NCBI GenBank assembly: GCA_030704615.1
Contig: CM060731.1
Span: 26,660,001 to 26,724,000 of the forward strand
Direction of reading: 5' to 3'
From: Takakia lepidozioides
Taxonomy: Eukaryota; Plantae; Bryophyta
Length of the DNA stretch: 64,000 bases
A program made the translations under genes and the position numbers. Below, one piece after another: positions 12,791 through 24,200 of the stretch (positions are counted from its first letter, which is position 1; every line of letters starts with the position of its first letter). A model generated the notes under the pieces. That model made no database searches. It was not told the origin of the DNA and was given only the letters and a program-made list of their open reading frames with translations.

Positions 12791-12923
12791 GGCCCACATT
12801 GTCTGTTTCGACTCTCCAGTAGTCCTGTTTACTACCAAGTGGTTCCCGGAGTGGTCGCGGACATGTAGTCGAATCGGAAAAGACACGAATGCTTCTAGTG
12901 TTAGCTTACTGGAGCTCATTACA
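12791..12923 (-). mobile_element. Probable 5' part of the interrupted LTR
   Basis: Minus strand begins TGTAATGAGCTCC at 12923, a typical LTR start, co-oriented with the PBS at 6953-6964. Confidence 0.35.
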
Positions 12924-12979
12924 TATTGTCTTCCTCCAAGAGCATATATAAGCTCTACGCAAGCGAGATAACCATGACC

Positions 12980-13850
12980 CTCTCTTACTAGCTATGGCCA
13001 AATTCGGCGGCCCTATAGAAACATCATCCCAAGGAGCAAAGGGTGGTACTGCCATTCTCATCTCTCCGGCCTCCCTCAAACAATTTTTGGTTTAAAGACG
13101 AGGTTTGGGAACCAGGTCGGGTGCAATTTTGCACCCTCAAGCTCACTAGAGACCCAGAACCTATTGGATTCCATAATATCTACGCTCCCAACATTGCCCC
13201 TGAGTGCATGGACCTCTGGTCCTTGATTACCCGAAAAATGTGCAACGAACCATCCACCAACAAATGGATAATTGCAGGTGACTTCAATATCATGGAGAAT
13301 GAGGAAGGCATGAAACGTCATGGGTCACACCCGGCGCCTTAATCCCGAAGAGGAGTAGCTCTGGCACTCTCTCGTCCAGACTCATAGCTTAATGGAAACA
13401 GAACGACCCACTGGTGGAGTACCCAAGAGGGATCAACCCTTTCTTTACTTGAACAAACAATCAGGGCATTCATGACCTGTGTATGGCTCATTTAAACGAA
13501 ATCTACATTATCTCTATGTCCATCTCCAATGGTGCAAGCCTTTTGCAGCCTCATAAACCCATTGCTCAGGGGTTTGACCATGTTGTGATTGCCCCCACCC
13601 TTTCAATGCCAAAATGCTCAAAGGCGAGGTAGAGGCATCTATAGGCCGCTTAACACTAGTCATCTCAAGATCCTAGCATTCATTCTTGGGCTGGAAACAG
13701 CATGGTTGGAGTCAAGGAACCACCTGACTCGCCCAATCAGATATTCATGTCCAAACTCTCGGCCACATACAGGACCTAAGCAAAGTGATTACGGCCTCTG
13801 ATCATAAAAGGCAAATCCTGGCCGTAGGTCGTCCAGGAACAAAAAATGCA
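12980..13850 (+). mobile_element. LINE (L1/Tx1-like) apurinic endonuclease fragment
   Basis: Motifs NIYAPN and WIIAGDFN in ORF 13043-13342, with degraded continuation. Confidence 0.75.
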
Positions 13851-13929
13851 AATGCAAGCAGGAATTTTTTCCTGAGGAGGAAAAAATGACAAATTACTTC
13901 TTCCAAAAGATGAAGTTGAGGCAATCCCT

Positions 13930-16900
13930 CTAAAGCATTTCAAAAATATATCCTCCACACATTCTACGCAGAAATACAAGTATGTATTGTGGTCTTAGAG
14001 GAACATCCACTGCCAAGTTGACGTTCATTAAAAAGAATGGGAGGATGCAATGAATTAAACAATGATCAGAGCTCCGGTATCCAAAATGACATACACAAAC
14101 AAACATGGAACAATGGCAGAACCAAACATGAAACAATGATAGCATGTGATGAAGAGGACAACATGGAAAAACGAGTCTGCCGGGACCTGATTGATGATAT
14201 GAAACATTCATATTTTATTTGAGATTGTATCATTCAAGGCGATGGACCAACAGAAAAATGAACGTCAACTGTCCATCCATTCATGGGCTTAATTCCATAA
14301 AAGCCATAGATTCTGAAGCCATAGAACCGAACGGCTTATACTAACTCATTAATAATACTGAGCCTCCTCCCAAATGGCTCACAGTCAAAGCATGTGTTTG
14401 AAGACGCCTCCTACCACAGTTACTTACAACGGTCTCCGCACTAGAGGAAACGGAGATACTTTCAGGAAGGTGAAACCCGCTGACATTGTCATCTGAAATG
14501 TTACTGCCAACTCTACTTGATGCCCTTGAAGCCTCCCGGCACGCCCGCCATTCTTCCCAATCACGCAGCTCTTGTTCCTCTTTTAGAATTCATTCCTTGA
14601 ATGTAACTGGGGACACGTGGTTGAAATAACAAATGTTAGGCCCAAAGTGGAAGTTTTGCATAATGAGGATTTGTTGAGGTAAGAGTGCAAATGCAAATGC
14701 AAAAAAATTGGAAAATCAAATTCTGAACAAACAACAGAACGGTGGGATTCACATGCCTACCGAGGTAATCAGGTTCTTTTTGATGTGGGATTCAAATACG
14801 AGGATCAAGATATCTTTCATACCAGGCCCAGCAGGCATGGTCTCGACCAATAGGCTTACGAGAACACTTTGCCCGGTTCTCGCTAATGTAATCAACGACT
14901 GTTGAAGCTTCAGCCATCTCCGATATCTATGGCCACACTGCCTTTGTCATATCATCCCGGTCACGCAAGCCGTTTGGTGATGGCTTGAATGAGAAAAAGA
15001 AGAATCCAGTATTTTATGGGTTTCGCAGGCCCTTTGATGGCTCATCATCTACAAGAAGTATTTGCCCCTTCGTAGCAAACGGTCTACCAGGGTACTTGGC
15101 AATAACACTACGAATATCCTTCACGAGATATTTCATCCCGGGCCATAACCGGTGGTATCCTTGCAATCCTCAGCAGACCATATGAAGCAAAACTTCTTTG
15201 CTATTTTCATGGGGAAGAAGCTCTCTAACATCCTACAAAGAACACCTCTATCAGCACATGACCAAATGGCCACGTGAAAAATGCTTCAATGTAAGGTCCA
15301 GAAACTCCAAGACTCCAGGCCGAGGCACCACAAACGGTCTGTCAGGAACTTGAAGTGTCACATTCCTGAAACAATCTCCATAAACAGTTCACCGCAGGGG
15401 TGGCCGGTAGCAGAGGAGTCCGTTGACACTCAAAATTAACAACATCTGTTTCCTCTTCCCCGTTGTTGCATGTAAAGGATGAGATACAAAATTATCCTGA
15501 GCAAGTTAATCACACACTGACATTAGTGTTTCTGCCATGAAAATACCCATGACCCATAATGATTGAGTGTATGGAAGATCAACACTATTGTGCAAAAAGT
15601 GGCAAAATTCTGTACGTGTTGTGGGCTTGGAATGTTTCGAGAAGAGGGATAATATTGTGAAGAAGAGGAACGTCGACTGCCAAGTGGAGGTTCAAAAAAG
15701 TACCTTGTATGGAGGGAAATTGATGAAGGTATCGTGCTGCATCCCCGTCTATTGAGAAAAGATGGAGTAAATTAGTGCAGAACCAAATGAACACAAAAGA
15801 GAAGAAAGTGGAGAAATGATATCGAATAATACCGATGTCGTCTTATTGGAAAGTCTCGCTGGCGTACTTGGGATCCCAACGGACGTGTTTTGACGAGACC
15901 CTGGTATGTCCGAGGTAATCTTTTTCTTCCGCGAGGCTGCTTTGTCTTGGAAGACAGACTTCTCTCTGGTGGAACTGATTTGTAAAAGAGATGGAAATGG
16001 TTTGGGGGCTCTATTCCGCTTCCTCGGTGCAGAACATTGTGCCAACATTGCAAGGTTGGGAAGCCGAAAAGTTGCAATTGTTTCGTCCTTGTCCTCGTCC
16101 AAAGGTTTGCGGGGAAGGGGAACGGAATGGAAATTGTCCCTTGAACACTCCATATCCTGAATGGAATTCACACGTAAGGTATGGATTACCTCGGAACAGA
16201 ATTCCAATGAAGATGTCGTTTGACAAGAAGGTCATAATCCGCATATTTTCTGGCCTGGAGTAAAACAGAACATCAGACCCAATACTAAGTAAAACAAAAG
16301 GACGAGTAAGAATTCAGATATAAGTAATTTTATCTGACTCCTTCTGATTTGGGCTACCCAACCCTTGTACTGAGGAGAGAAGGAGGGAAGAGAAGCAACA
16401 GTGTACTGCGGAGTCACAGCCTCAGCCGCGTCATCAATGGCTGACATTCTCGAGGTAGATTTCAGACCCTTGATACTTAACAGGGAGGGTGAGGATTGTA
16501 GAGTGAGGTCCACGAAATCCCCTTCACATTTGTCAGGTTGGCTTCCATCTTCGACATTAAATCCTAAACAATCATGCGACGGAACATCCATTTCAAGAAT
16601 GGACTGAAGAAGAGGGTCGTGCAATTGAACGGAAGCCAAGTGCCTGGATGATGCTTCACCGTCGATGACAGAAATCTGAACAGTAGTGTGAATGTTGTCC
16701 CTCTGTCGACGAATTTCTGATATGGAGGATTCCAATGGAGGTCCCAACGAGAAGTTTGCATCGTCAGCATCTCCATGAACCTGCCCAAACAAACTTATAT
16801 GGTCAATGTACAGACAAAGCATAACTTCCACTACACAGTGGAGGTTGTCGGATTTGAAAAAGCCCCCGCGACGAGATTTCGAGAAGGCTTGTATCCCATA

Positions 16901-17620
16901 GGATCGGGGTGGTATAGGGTGGAGAAACGCAAGGATGAGACAAGGAGATAGCAAACAATTCCATGTCAATTCAAATTGACATGGAAATCACAATAGACCA
17001 CAATCCTTATAGAAAAACAATACAACCTAGAGAAAAACCAACCAAAAATTGAGATTGCATCATAGACGTGGTTGATCAATGAAATCTTTATTTTGAATCA
17101 TCATATCGGAGATTCCGGTAATTAGAATCATCAATATAATCCAAGAGAGGCTTAAACTTGGGATCGGTGGAAACATTCTGATAAGGCTTAAGTCATATTC
17201 TCTTTTCCCTGAGATAACTGGAAACGGTGCAAGATCTCTTCATTTCAAGCAAGTATTTCAGGAGAATCTTCTAGAGATAGCAAGAGTCCGTGTCCACGGA
17301 TTCAAACGATTATAGAATCAGACAGGATTCAGGCGGGTTCAACACACACTTAATAGCAGAATTGTTGATGAGTAGAGTGTTACTCCTGTTGTACTGACCA
17401 CCAAATCTTTGCCAGACCGTCATCAATGGCTTCAAGAACAGACTTGGTGGGTCGTATCCTGATATAAATTCACTACAACAGATCCCGACTTTAACGTCTG
17501 CCACATTTGCCAGTAAGTAGCATGTATGTCTATAAAATGCAAAGAGGCAGTCCTGGTTGCCAATTGTGACCACCAGATGTCAAAACTGCAATAGGATGAC
17601 GTGGGCATAAGAATGTATGA
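13930..17620 (-). pseudogene. Decayed gene with two FCP1/NIF (HAD-like) phosphatase-homology domains
   Basis: Domain at ~14830-15460 reads KRKQMLLILSVNGLL...PRPGVLEFL...VAIWS...KDIRSV...ILLVDDEPSKGLRNP...KPIGRDHACW. Domain at ~17230-17570 reads FLKPLMTVWQRF...YNRSNTLLINNSAIKCVLNP. Stops and frameshifts throughout. Confidence 0.65.
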
Positions 17621-17779
17621 CTGCCAGTATTCACGACTATACGTGGCGATTGCCGGTTGCCCAAGGAGTGTCTACGTGGATGATGCAACATAAATAGATG
17701 AAACAGATGCAGGATGTGATTGCAAATGACGACGTGGACCAACATATCCTTGCTCGCGGGCACTAAGCCACACCCTGTG

Positions 17780-18335
17780 AATGAAGAAATGAATGGATGA
17801 ATGAATGATTAGGATGAATTAGGATGAGTGAACTAGGATGAATTAGGATGAATGTGCTCAAAATTTAGGGTTGCTAGGTCGCAGTGTTAAGTATGAGGAT
17901 AATAAGCAGTAAAAATATTTAACTACTGTTTCACTGACCCAGCAGATTAATAGTAAAACTAATCCACTGCTGGTTAAGATTAGTGAAATAAAACAACTGT
18001 ATTATCTCAACGAATGATACACAAACGCCTTGCTGACAACTATTGGATGAACGTATCAAACATAACTTTTATGCACTGGATGAATGTATGAACGAATGAT
18101 ACAACAAACGCCTTGCTGGCAACTCTTGGATGAACGTAGGAACGAATGATAATGCAAACACCGAGCTGGCAGCTATTGGATGAACTAACAGTGAAACTCA
18201 TTTAAAGATTTATTTTGGATGAATGGATGAAATTAAAATGGCCAAAAAATGGAAAAACAAATGAATGGATGGATGTATTGATGGAAAACCCAAAATCCAT
18301 CCATCTATCGCTACATTCATCCATCCAGTCATGAG
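17780..18335. repeat. GGATGAA-rich low-complexity repeat region
   Basis: Repeated ggatgaa/ttcatcc motifs and short direct repeats (aaacgccttgctg). The same motif class occurs at 29990-30120, 30530-30720 and 31260-31330. Confidence 0.55.
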
Positions 18336-18504
18336 TAGAGGGGACTTAGCATTTTTTTTGTCTCCCCTGCCATCTGTTTGTTTTCTTTGTGTTGAGTTTG
18401 ATTGTGAGAGACGACAAACATGACAGAGCTGTGTTTGCTTTCTTATGGTGTCGAGTCTGATCATGAGAGACGACGAGCGGAGCTGGTGGGATAGGGGGCA
18501 GACA

Positions 18505-18588
18505 GGGACTCAAACCCTAGAATTGGGGCATGAAGATGTGGTGCACGATGTGGCCATCGACTATTATGGGAAGCGGCTGGCCACCTTA
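18505..18588 (+). pseudogene. Isolated fragment of a SEC13-like WD40 gene (N-terminus only)
   Basis: TQTLELGHEDVVHDVAIDYYGKRLAT matches the conserved SEC13 N-terminal motif; similarity stops abruptly. Confidence 0.75.
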
Positions 18589-19249
18589 CGATGGACAACC
18601 ACAAAAGGTGTGTGTGGTTTTTTCTCTTTGTACGATGTGAAGAAGTTTGTCCATCCTGCAAATCTGGGCTCTTGGCGACTGTTAGTACCATGATTTGGTA
18701 TTCTTTTTGCTGTTTACAAGGTTCTTCGGAGAGTCAGCTTGGTCTTAGCAGGTCGTGTTTCAATCTCTGTTCACTCAGCTGCACTGTGGTGGTTCTCATG
18801 GACCAATCCGACATTACCGGACTACAGACACAAGCAGCACACACAAGAGGTCCGTTTGGGTTCATGGTCAGTCGAATCCTCCATGGGTCATGACACAAGG
18901 TGGAGGACAATGTGGTGAGGGCACCTTCTTCTTCAACCTATTTCAGCCTGTTTTGCCTCTCATCAGACTTGGCCGTGAATTTGCAGCACGGAGCAGAGCT
19001 GGCATGAGTTTTTTAAAGATCCTTCACGATGGTGCGACAACCGCAATCGCAGGGTGTGGCTTTTTCTTAATGTACGATATGAAGAAGTTTGTCCATCCTG
19101 CATTTGTCTCTTCTAGGCTAGGCTCGCAGTTCCTCAAGAGCGGCAACCCTTAGTTCATTCTGGAACACTTGGTTCAGCTTCTAGGTGAAGGGTTTCTCTT
19201 CTTTTAATCTTCAGTTTTCTAGATGGTTCTAGATGAAGATATGCTCTTC

Positions 19250-20100
19250 TTGTCATCTATTTTAGCGATAGGTGTTTCCCAACCATGCCCTTTGCGATGA
19301 TCTTATACGCATTTAATAATGTAATTGGCCTATAGTTTGAAAGATCAACTCTGTCTCCTTTCTTGTAGATGAGAGTAATGACCCCCTGAGAGATTTGTGA
19401 AGGCATGATTCCCTTATGCAAAATCTCATTGGCCATAGACAGAAAATCATCCCCACGAACGTCCCAAAGCTCTCTAAGAAATTCATCAGGCATCCCATCG
19501 AGACCTGGAGTTTTCAGCGCACTCCAGGATTCCAAGGATGAATATTTTTGGTTCTCATTTGCCTTGAGGCCGCAGGAAAGGTTGGGCAGGTCAAGCGATC
19601 CTTATTATTATAAGTATAAATATATTTCTGTTTTATTTTTCAAATTTTTATTGGCTTGTCTGACATAAGGTTTCGGATGTAGTCGGGCAGTGCATAGGGC
19701 AGTTATCATCCACGGAAATGTGTCAGCTGAAATTAGGTCGGTGTCAACCGACATCCCATCTTTGTACGGCACATGGGAACATGTTCCCAAGGGTTTGATG
19801 TTCATGGCTGGGTGACAGGTGTACCTACTAGTAAGATGAAGGATGAAAACATTCATCCGTAAGGAGGCCCTGATATGGAAAGCCTGTGCGTGGCTGCTGC
19901 GACGAACAAGAGACAAGACAGTAAAGCCCTCCTGCGCAGCGAGGCATGGAGGGAGAAGAGGGGCCACAGGCGGATGCAGGATTTGTCTTGGACGTCACTT
20001 CGGGTCTCTACTACCATGCTACGTAAGCTTGTCTCACCTAAATTTTTTGGAGAGGCTTTGATTCTGTAGAATTTTGTCAAGCATACTCGAAATCGTGTTT
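19250..20100 (-). mobile_element. LINE (L1/Tx1-like) reverse transcriptase fragment
   Basis: KTPGLDGMPDEF...GVITLIYKKGDRVDLSNYRPITLLNAYKIIAK at 19257-19535, with degraded upstream sequence. Confidence 0.85.
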
Positions 20101-21229
20101 TCTCGTACAGATTAAGGGTGCGGAAAAATTTCCCAAGGTTTTTATGGGGTGTAAGTTTCCAATAAGGTGGAGGATATATAATATCTATCGCAGGAAAATG
20201 TTCAGTTTCTGTCTCGTTCGTTGCATGAAAGGATCATTTATTTGTCGTCACCGCAATCAGGTGTTTTCCATGGTTTATATTACGCATGCACCATATACAT
20301 TTCACGTTTGATTCTCGTTTGACGGGTTTCCGAGAAGATTTTGCGAAACCAACACTGCGTTCTCGTGGTACGTTAGTCTTAGTTCGTTCGCAGCCCAACT
20401 TTGTAACCTGAAGGTATCTGACCTTTGTTAGCGGATGAGGCACAAAGGCTATCTGGTAACAGCTCTGTATCAAGTCTGCTAAATCCGGGATTTGTTGAGC
20501 CGTAAGTATACTAATAAGAAACTTCGAGCAAACGTCGAGGAGTAATCAACGGCGCATGAGTAGTGATAAGTCTTCCGCTTGCAAGCAGACGTCCAAACCC
20601 TATATTGGTTACTTTAGCTACATTCCCTTTTGGCATGATTTTAATATGAGTTTGTCACTTCATTTCACAGAGCATCAATGAGGAAGTAGATATTCCTCAT
20701 TTAGTTAGAGCCAATTTGATGTGAACCAAATTCTTGGTGTTAATGTGTTCTGAGCTTGTGTTTTGGGACTGAACTGAGGTCCCTAAAAGATAGGTGGCCG
20801 TGGCCCTGTAAGCTTTGATTGTATTTGATGTATATATGTAATTGATGGAGTAATCCTTGAATCTCTGAATGAGATCCTAGGTGCGCAAACACTGGGAGAC
20901 ATTGCCATTAACACCTCAACCCTAAATGCATATAATCCATGCTGCAGTATGGGTATGCTATTGCAAAAGGCATGCCTAGTACAGAACTATGCAGTGCTAG
21001 TGCCCACCCTTCTCTCTCGCTTGGGGGGCTACATGTGGACATAATAAAAAGTTATTCTTCTCTCTGAGACAGCTTCCCAGGTTGAGTTGTGCCCAGCCCT
21101 TGAAGCAAAACTCGATCTGGAGCTGTTTGTTGTTGATTTTGCAAGAACATTTGTGGGTAATATGCAACAGCATCAAGCTTCTCTCTCTAGGTATGAGCAG
21201 TAATTGTCTGACATGTTGTTGTTGAGCAG

Positions 21230-24200
21230 CTCCGGCTTCTACTACGATGCAAAGGGGGGCTGGTATTATAGTACACGTGATGGCCTGTACTATACATTTG
21301 AAGATGGCACATATGCACCTTTGACTTCAGCCAGCAGCCACAGCAACCCCCTCGAGGGTGCGGTTTATTTCTAGATCCTTGTTACCCTAGGGCATACCCA
21401 TATGTTTTCTGTAGGAAGGACGTCGAGGACAAACTTTTCAGAGGTTCTTGGATTTCAGGGGCATGGCCATCTACTTTTGAAATGTATCTCACATAAACTA
21501 CTCAAGGCTCTTGGATAGAAATGACTTGCATGTAACTCTGAAGACCTTGCAAGGTGTTGAGATCTTTGGGATGTGCCAATCCTCATTTAACATGAGGTAG
21601 CATGCTAGAGCTTGGTTGAGTGCAGACGGTTTGCACATATATTCTAGGTGTTACTAGACTTCAATAGGTCAGTTACTGATCATGTAAGACATATGTGCCC
21701 TCTGAAACAGTAGCAAATCCTCTGTTGGCGGTTGTACAGAGCAGGTGGTGGGAGAGGGTTATCTCCCAGATAGAAAGGAAGGTCATTCCACCACAACCTG
21801 TGGCCCTGGATCTGATGATTTGGGGCATTCTGTTGGCACGCAAGAAACCAGTGAAGGATATTTTGCCAAGTTGGAAGATCAGATGGCAGATGCTGCTGCC
21901 CAGCCCAGCTGCCGCTGCGAAAGGTCAAGTGAAGCATTGGATGTTGCCCAAACTAACACCCATGAGACCAACATTTCCCATCCGCAAGAGACTGCCACAA
22001 TGAACACAAGACATTTTGAATCTGGAGAAGATTCTTGGAGCCAAGACACACTCTCATGGGTGGATATCCCAACAGACCAGACAGAAGGCAATGCCAAAGA
22101 GCAAGCAGTCTGTCACTCCGAGGAAGGGGACCCTCGACCAGCTTCAGCCTGGTATTACCAACATGCTGCCACCACTTCTACATTGTTTAGGACCAAACTT
22201 TGTTGTTTAGAGCTCACAGGTCTGACCATCTCAACCTCATTATAGAAGATCTCTCAAGCACACTGTCTCATGTAATCTCTTTATATCCTTCTAAGCAGAT
22301 CTACCAATGTACCCAGCACCAATTTGTGTGCTTGTGAGGGGTGCTTCAGAGATCAAGTTACAAGGATTTCTATATAATCAGAACGTCTATATTTTCAATG
22401 CAGAAGTTTACACCTGGAACCAAATTGAATTTTCATTGTTCCAACCAAAATCAATTTTTGGGCATATTATCTTTATGAGAGCTGGCGTTTTATATGGGTA
22501 TATTTTTCCAATCCAAGTGTAACCTAGAGGACCACTACAGTCAGACCAAGTAGTCCAATACGTCCTAGTATGGTACATGGCTTGGCTTGCAACAAATTGT
22601 GAACTTACTCCACAAGAACTGCCTTTGACAGCTACAAAATCCCGGTTATGTGTTGCAGGATTGAGGAAGCCCTCATTGAACTCTACTTACAAAATTATCC
22701 CAGTTTATCTGCGGACGTGAAAGAAGAGGGGCCAATGATAACCTCAGCTGATATTTTTGTGGACACTCCCCCAGAAACTCCAAGGAACCAATGGGCGTCC
22801 AGCAATGAGCAACTGATTGAGGAGGCATATGCTCAGGGCGGTTCAGACAACTTAGCCACAGATAGATTGCAACATACAGGATTTTTTGCCAGAAGTCTTT
22901 CACAGGACAAGATGGCTATGGATGAGGTTTATATCGAGCATGCAACAAATGCCAATGGGCACGAGGAGGTCAGTGCTCATGTTTCTATCATGATCAAGTT
23001 CGGTTACTACTATTACCATGACTAGCATCTTCACTACCATCCAGTAACTTTGTGTTTGCTTTGATGGCTTTTTATCCAGCCTGCCAGAAGATTTCATGTT
23101 CAAATCCAAGATATCCCCTCTTACTCTAGCTCATCCTTGGACCAATGACTGCTGGTCAAGGTCCTGAAGCTATGAGGATACTTTCTTGGGAGCTGATCCT
23201 CGTTAGAGCGAGGCATCATTGATGTTACGCCCTCTTAAATCATTCCTAGATGAATTTAGGCTACAAATTTTTAAAGTTATTTATTAGTTTGTAGAGCCCA
23301 TAACTGAACTCGATGAGCCCCTTACTCTTGGCCTGAGACCGTCCTAGATTCAGTGGCCAGTATTTTGCAGTCTTTCATAGAGATTCGTAGTTTCGCTTAA
23401 ACAGCACAGCCTTACTGTGGAGACAAGCAAGCATGATGGCAGATTGCTATCTTCACAGTTATTTCTCCCTTCACCTGTTTTGCAGCAAGAATAACCGTTT
23501 GTACTGCTGACAAGAGATGGTTGTGGTGATGAGCTTCTGCAGTCAGATGATGAAAGTGAGGAGCTGGAAGAAGGTGAATGGAGACCAGAAGAGGGGGACA
23601 GAGAAAAATATATGTTTTATGATCTTGAGGAAGAGGCCGAAGAGGGAGAGATTTGCACTTCACAAGACTGTTCACTATGGGACCAGCAGGGCATATGTGA
23701 CAACAAAGATGTCTCGACAAGCTACCCTGCCCATCAATTAGGCCAGTAGATACACTCTTACCTGTCTAGTTCAACGAAGCTGCAAATATGTTTGGGGTGA
23801 GGTTAAAGAACTGCTCTAAAGAGTAAGGGGGCACCTAAATGGGCACAACTGTTTCTTCCAACTCACTGCTTTGAGCTTCAATCTGATAGCTTGACTCGAG
23901 TCCCAGGGCTAAAGAAGGCGAAGGCGGGCATGTGATCATGCAGGTGCTTCAGCCCTATGATTTTTGTAGAAACCAGGGAGTCTATTTCTGCCTAAATGAG
24001 CTTAGCTCGATTCTAAAGACTACATTTACTGGATGCAGGGATTCCAAGATTGGATGGAGAAGTTTGTTCAAGCATGCAGGGACAAACTGATGGGGAACTG
24101 TCAAAAGGTGATCAAGAGTACACAAGATTGGACAACAGCAAAGGTACAACGGCGTCTGACAACCCTGACTTGGCTGCTGTAGCTGAGGACCCAAGAGATC

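Noticed and set aside
18590-19110. Ubiquitin-like similarity (QDGQTS...TL.L) on the minus strand of the duplicated motif
   Set aside because: Too short and divergent to support by eye.
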